Assembly: GCA_965113315.1 (NCBI GenBank)
Contig: OZ220368.1
Length of the DNA stretch: 64,000 nucleotides
Reading direction: 5' to 3' (one strand)
From: Podarcis vaucheri
Lineage: Eukaryota
Positions 63,900-64,000 of this stretch are shown piece by piece. Positions within the stretch are counted from its first letter, which is position 1. Each line of letters starts with the position of its first letter. A model generated the notes under the pieces. It searched no databases, was not told the DNA's origin, and saw nothing but the letters and a program-made list of their open reading frames with translations. The position numbers were made by a program, and so were the translations under genes.

Positions 63900-64000
63900 A
63901 TATATATGTACTTAAACACACTACTATGAGTATTCTATAATCTGCAATATCCTGTGGTCACAAGGAAACTGGACATAAAAAAACATGCATTGGAATGCCC

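Noticed and set aside
49522-64000. NTNG1 27-nt micro-exon (CIPSISSIG in human) and upstream exons
   Set aside because: Searched by eye and not found. They probably lie beyond the window end, but I may have missed a diverged micro-exon.
1-64000. A novel multi-gene biological system
   Set aside because: Only one gene is supported. The remaining ORFs are short, lack domains and often overlap repeats.

Overview
Eukaryotic, AT-rich, repeat-rich vertebrate DNA. The SINE content (Sauria/Squam1, Squam3, Squam2-like) points to a squamate, most likely a lacertid lizard (inference). The window holds the 3' part of the netrin-G1 gene (NTNG1) on the minus strand. Five coding exons are supported by AG/GT splice sites and consistent phase-1 junctions: two short alternative exons (49456-49521, 66 nt; 46518-46577, 60 nt, both missed by the ORF track), two laminin-EGF exons (38487-38654, 168 nt; 29376-29513, 138 nt) and the terminal EGF + GPI-signal exon (CDS 6483-6718). 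The 3' UTR has a proximal poly(A) signal at 5400-5405 and a possible distal cluster at about 2577-2695. The rest is intron and downstream sequence containing SINEs, CR1/L2 fragments, hAT- and Tc1/mariner-type MITEs, a solo LTR and microsatellites. Almost all ORFs in the supplied track are spurious. I found no support for a new multi-gene system. The best leads are a CR1 copy split by a micro-inversion, a sense-oriented solo LTR with a CCAAT array and poly(A) signal inside the alternatively spliced region, and speculative extra exons that could give extended or secreted (GPI-less) netrin-G1 isoforms. Exon numbers, comparisons with human proteins and repeat family names come from memory and need database confirmation.
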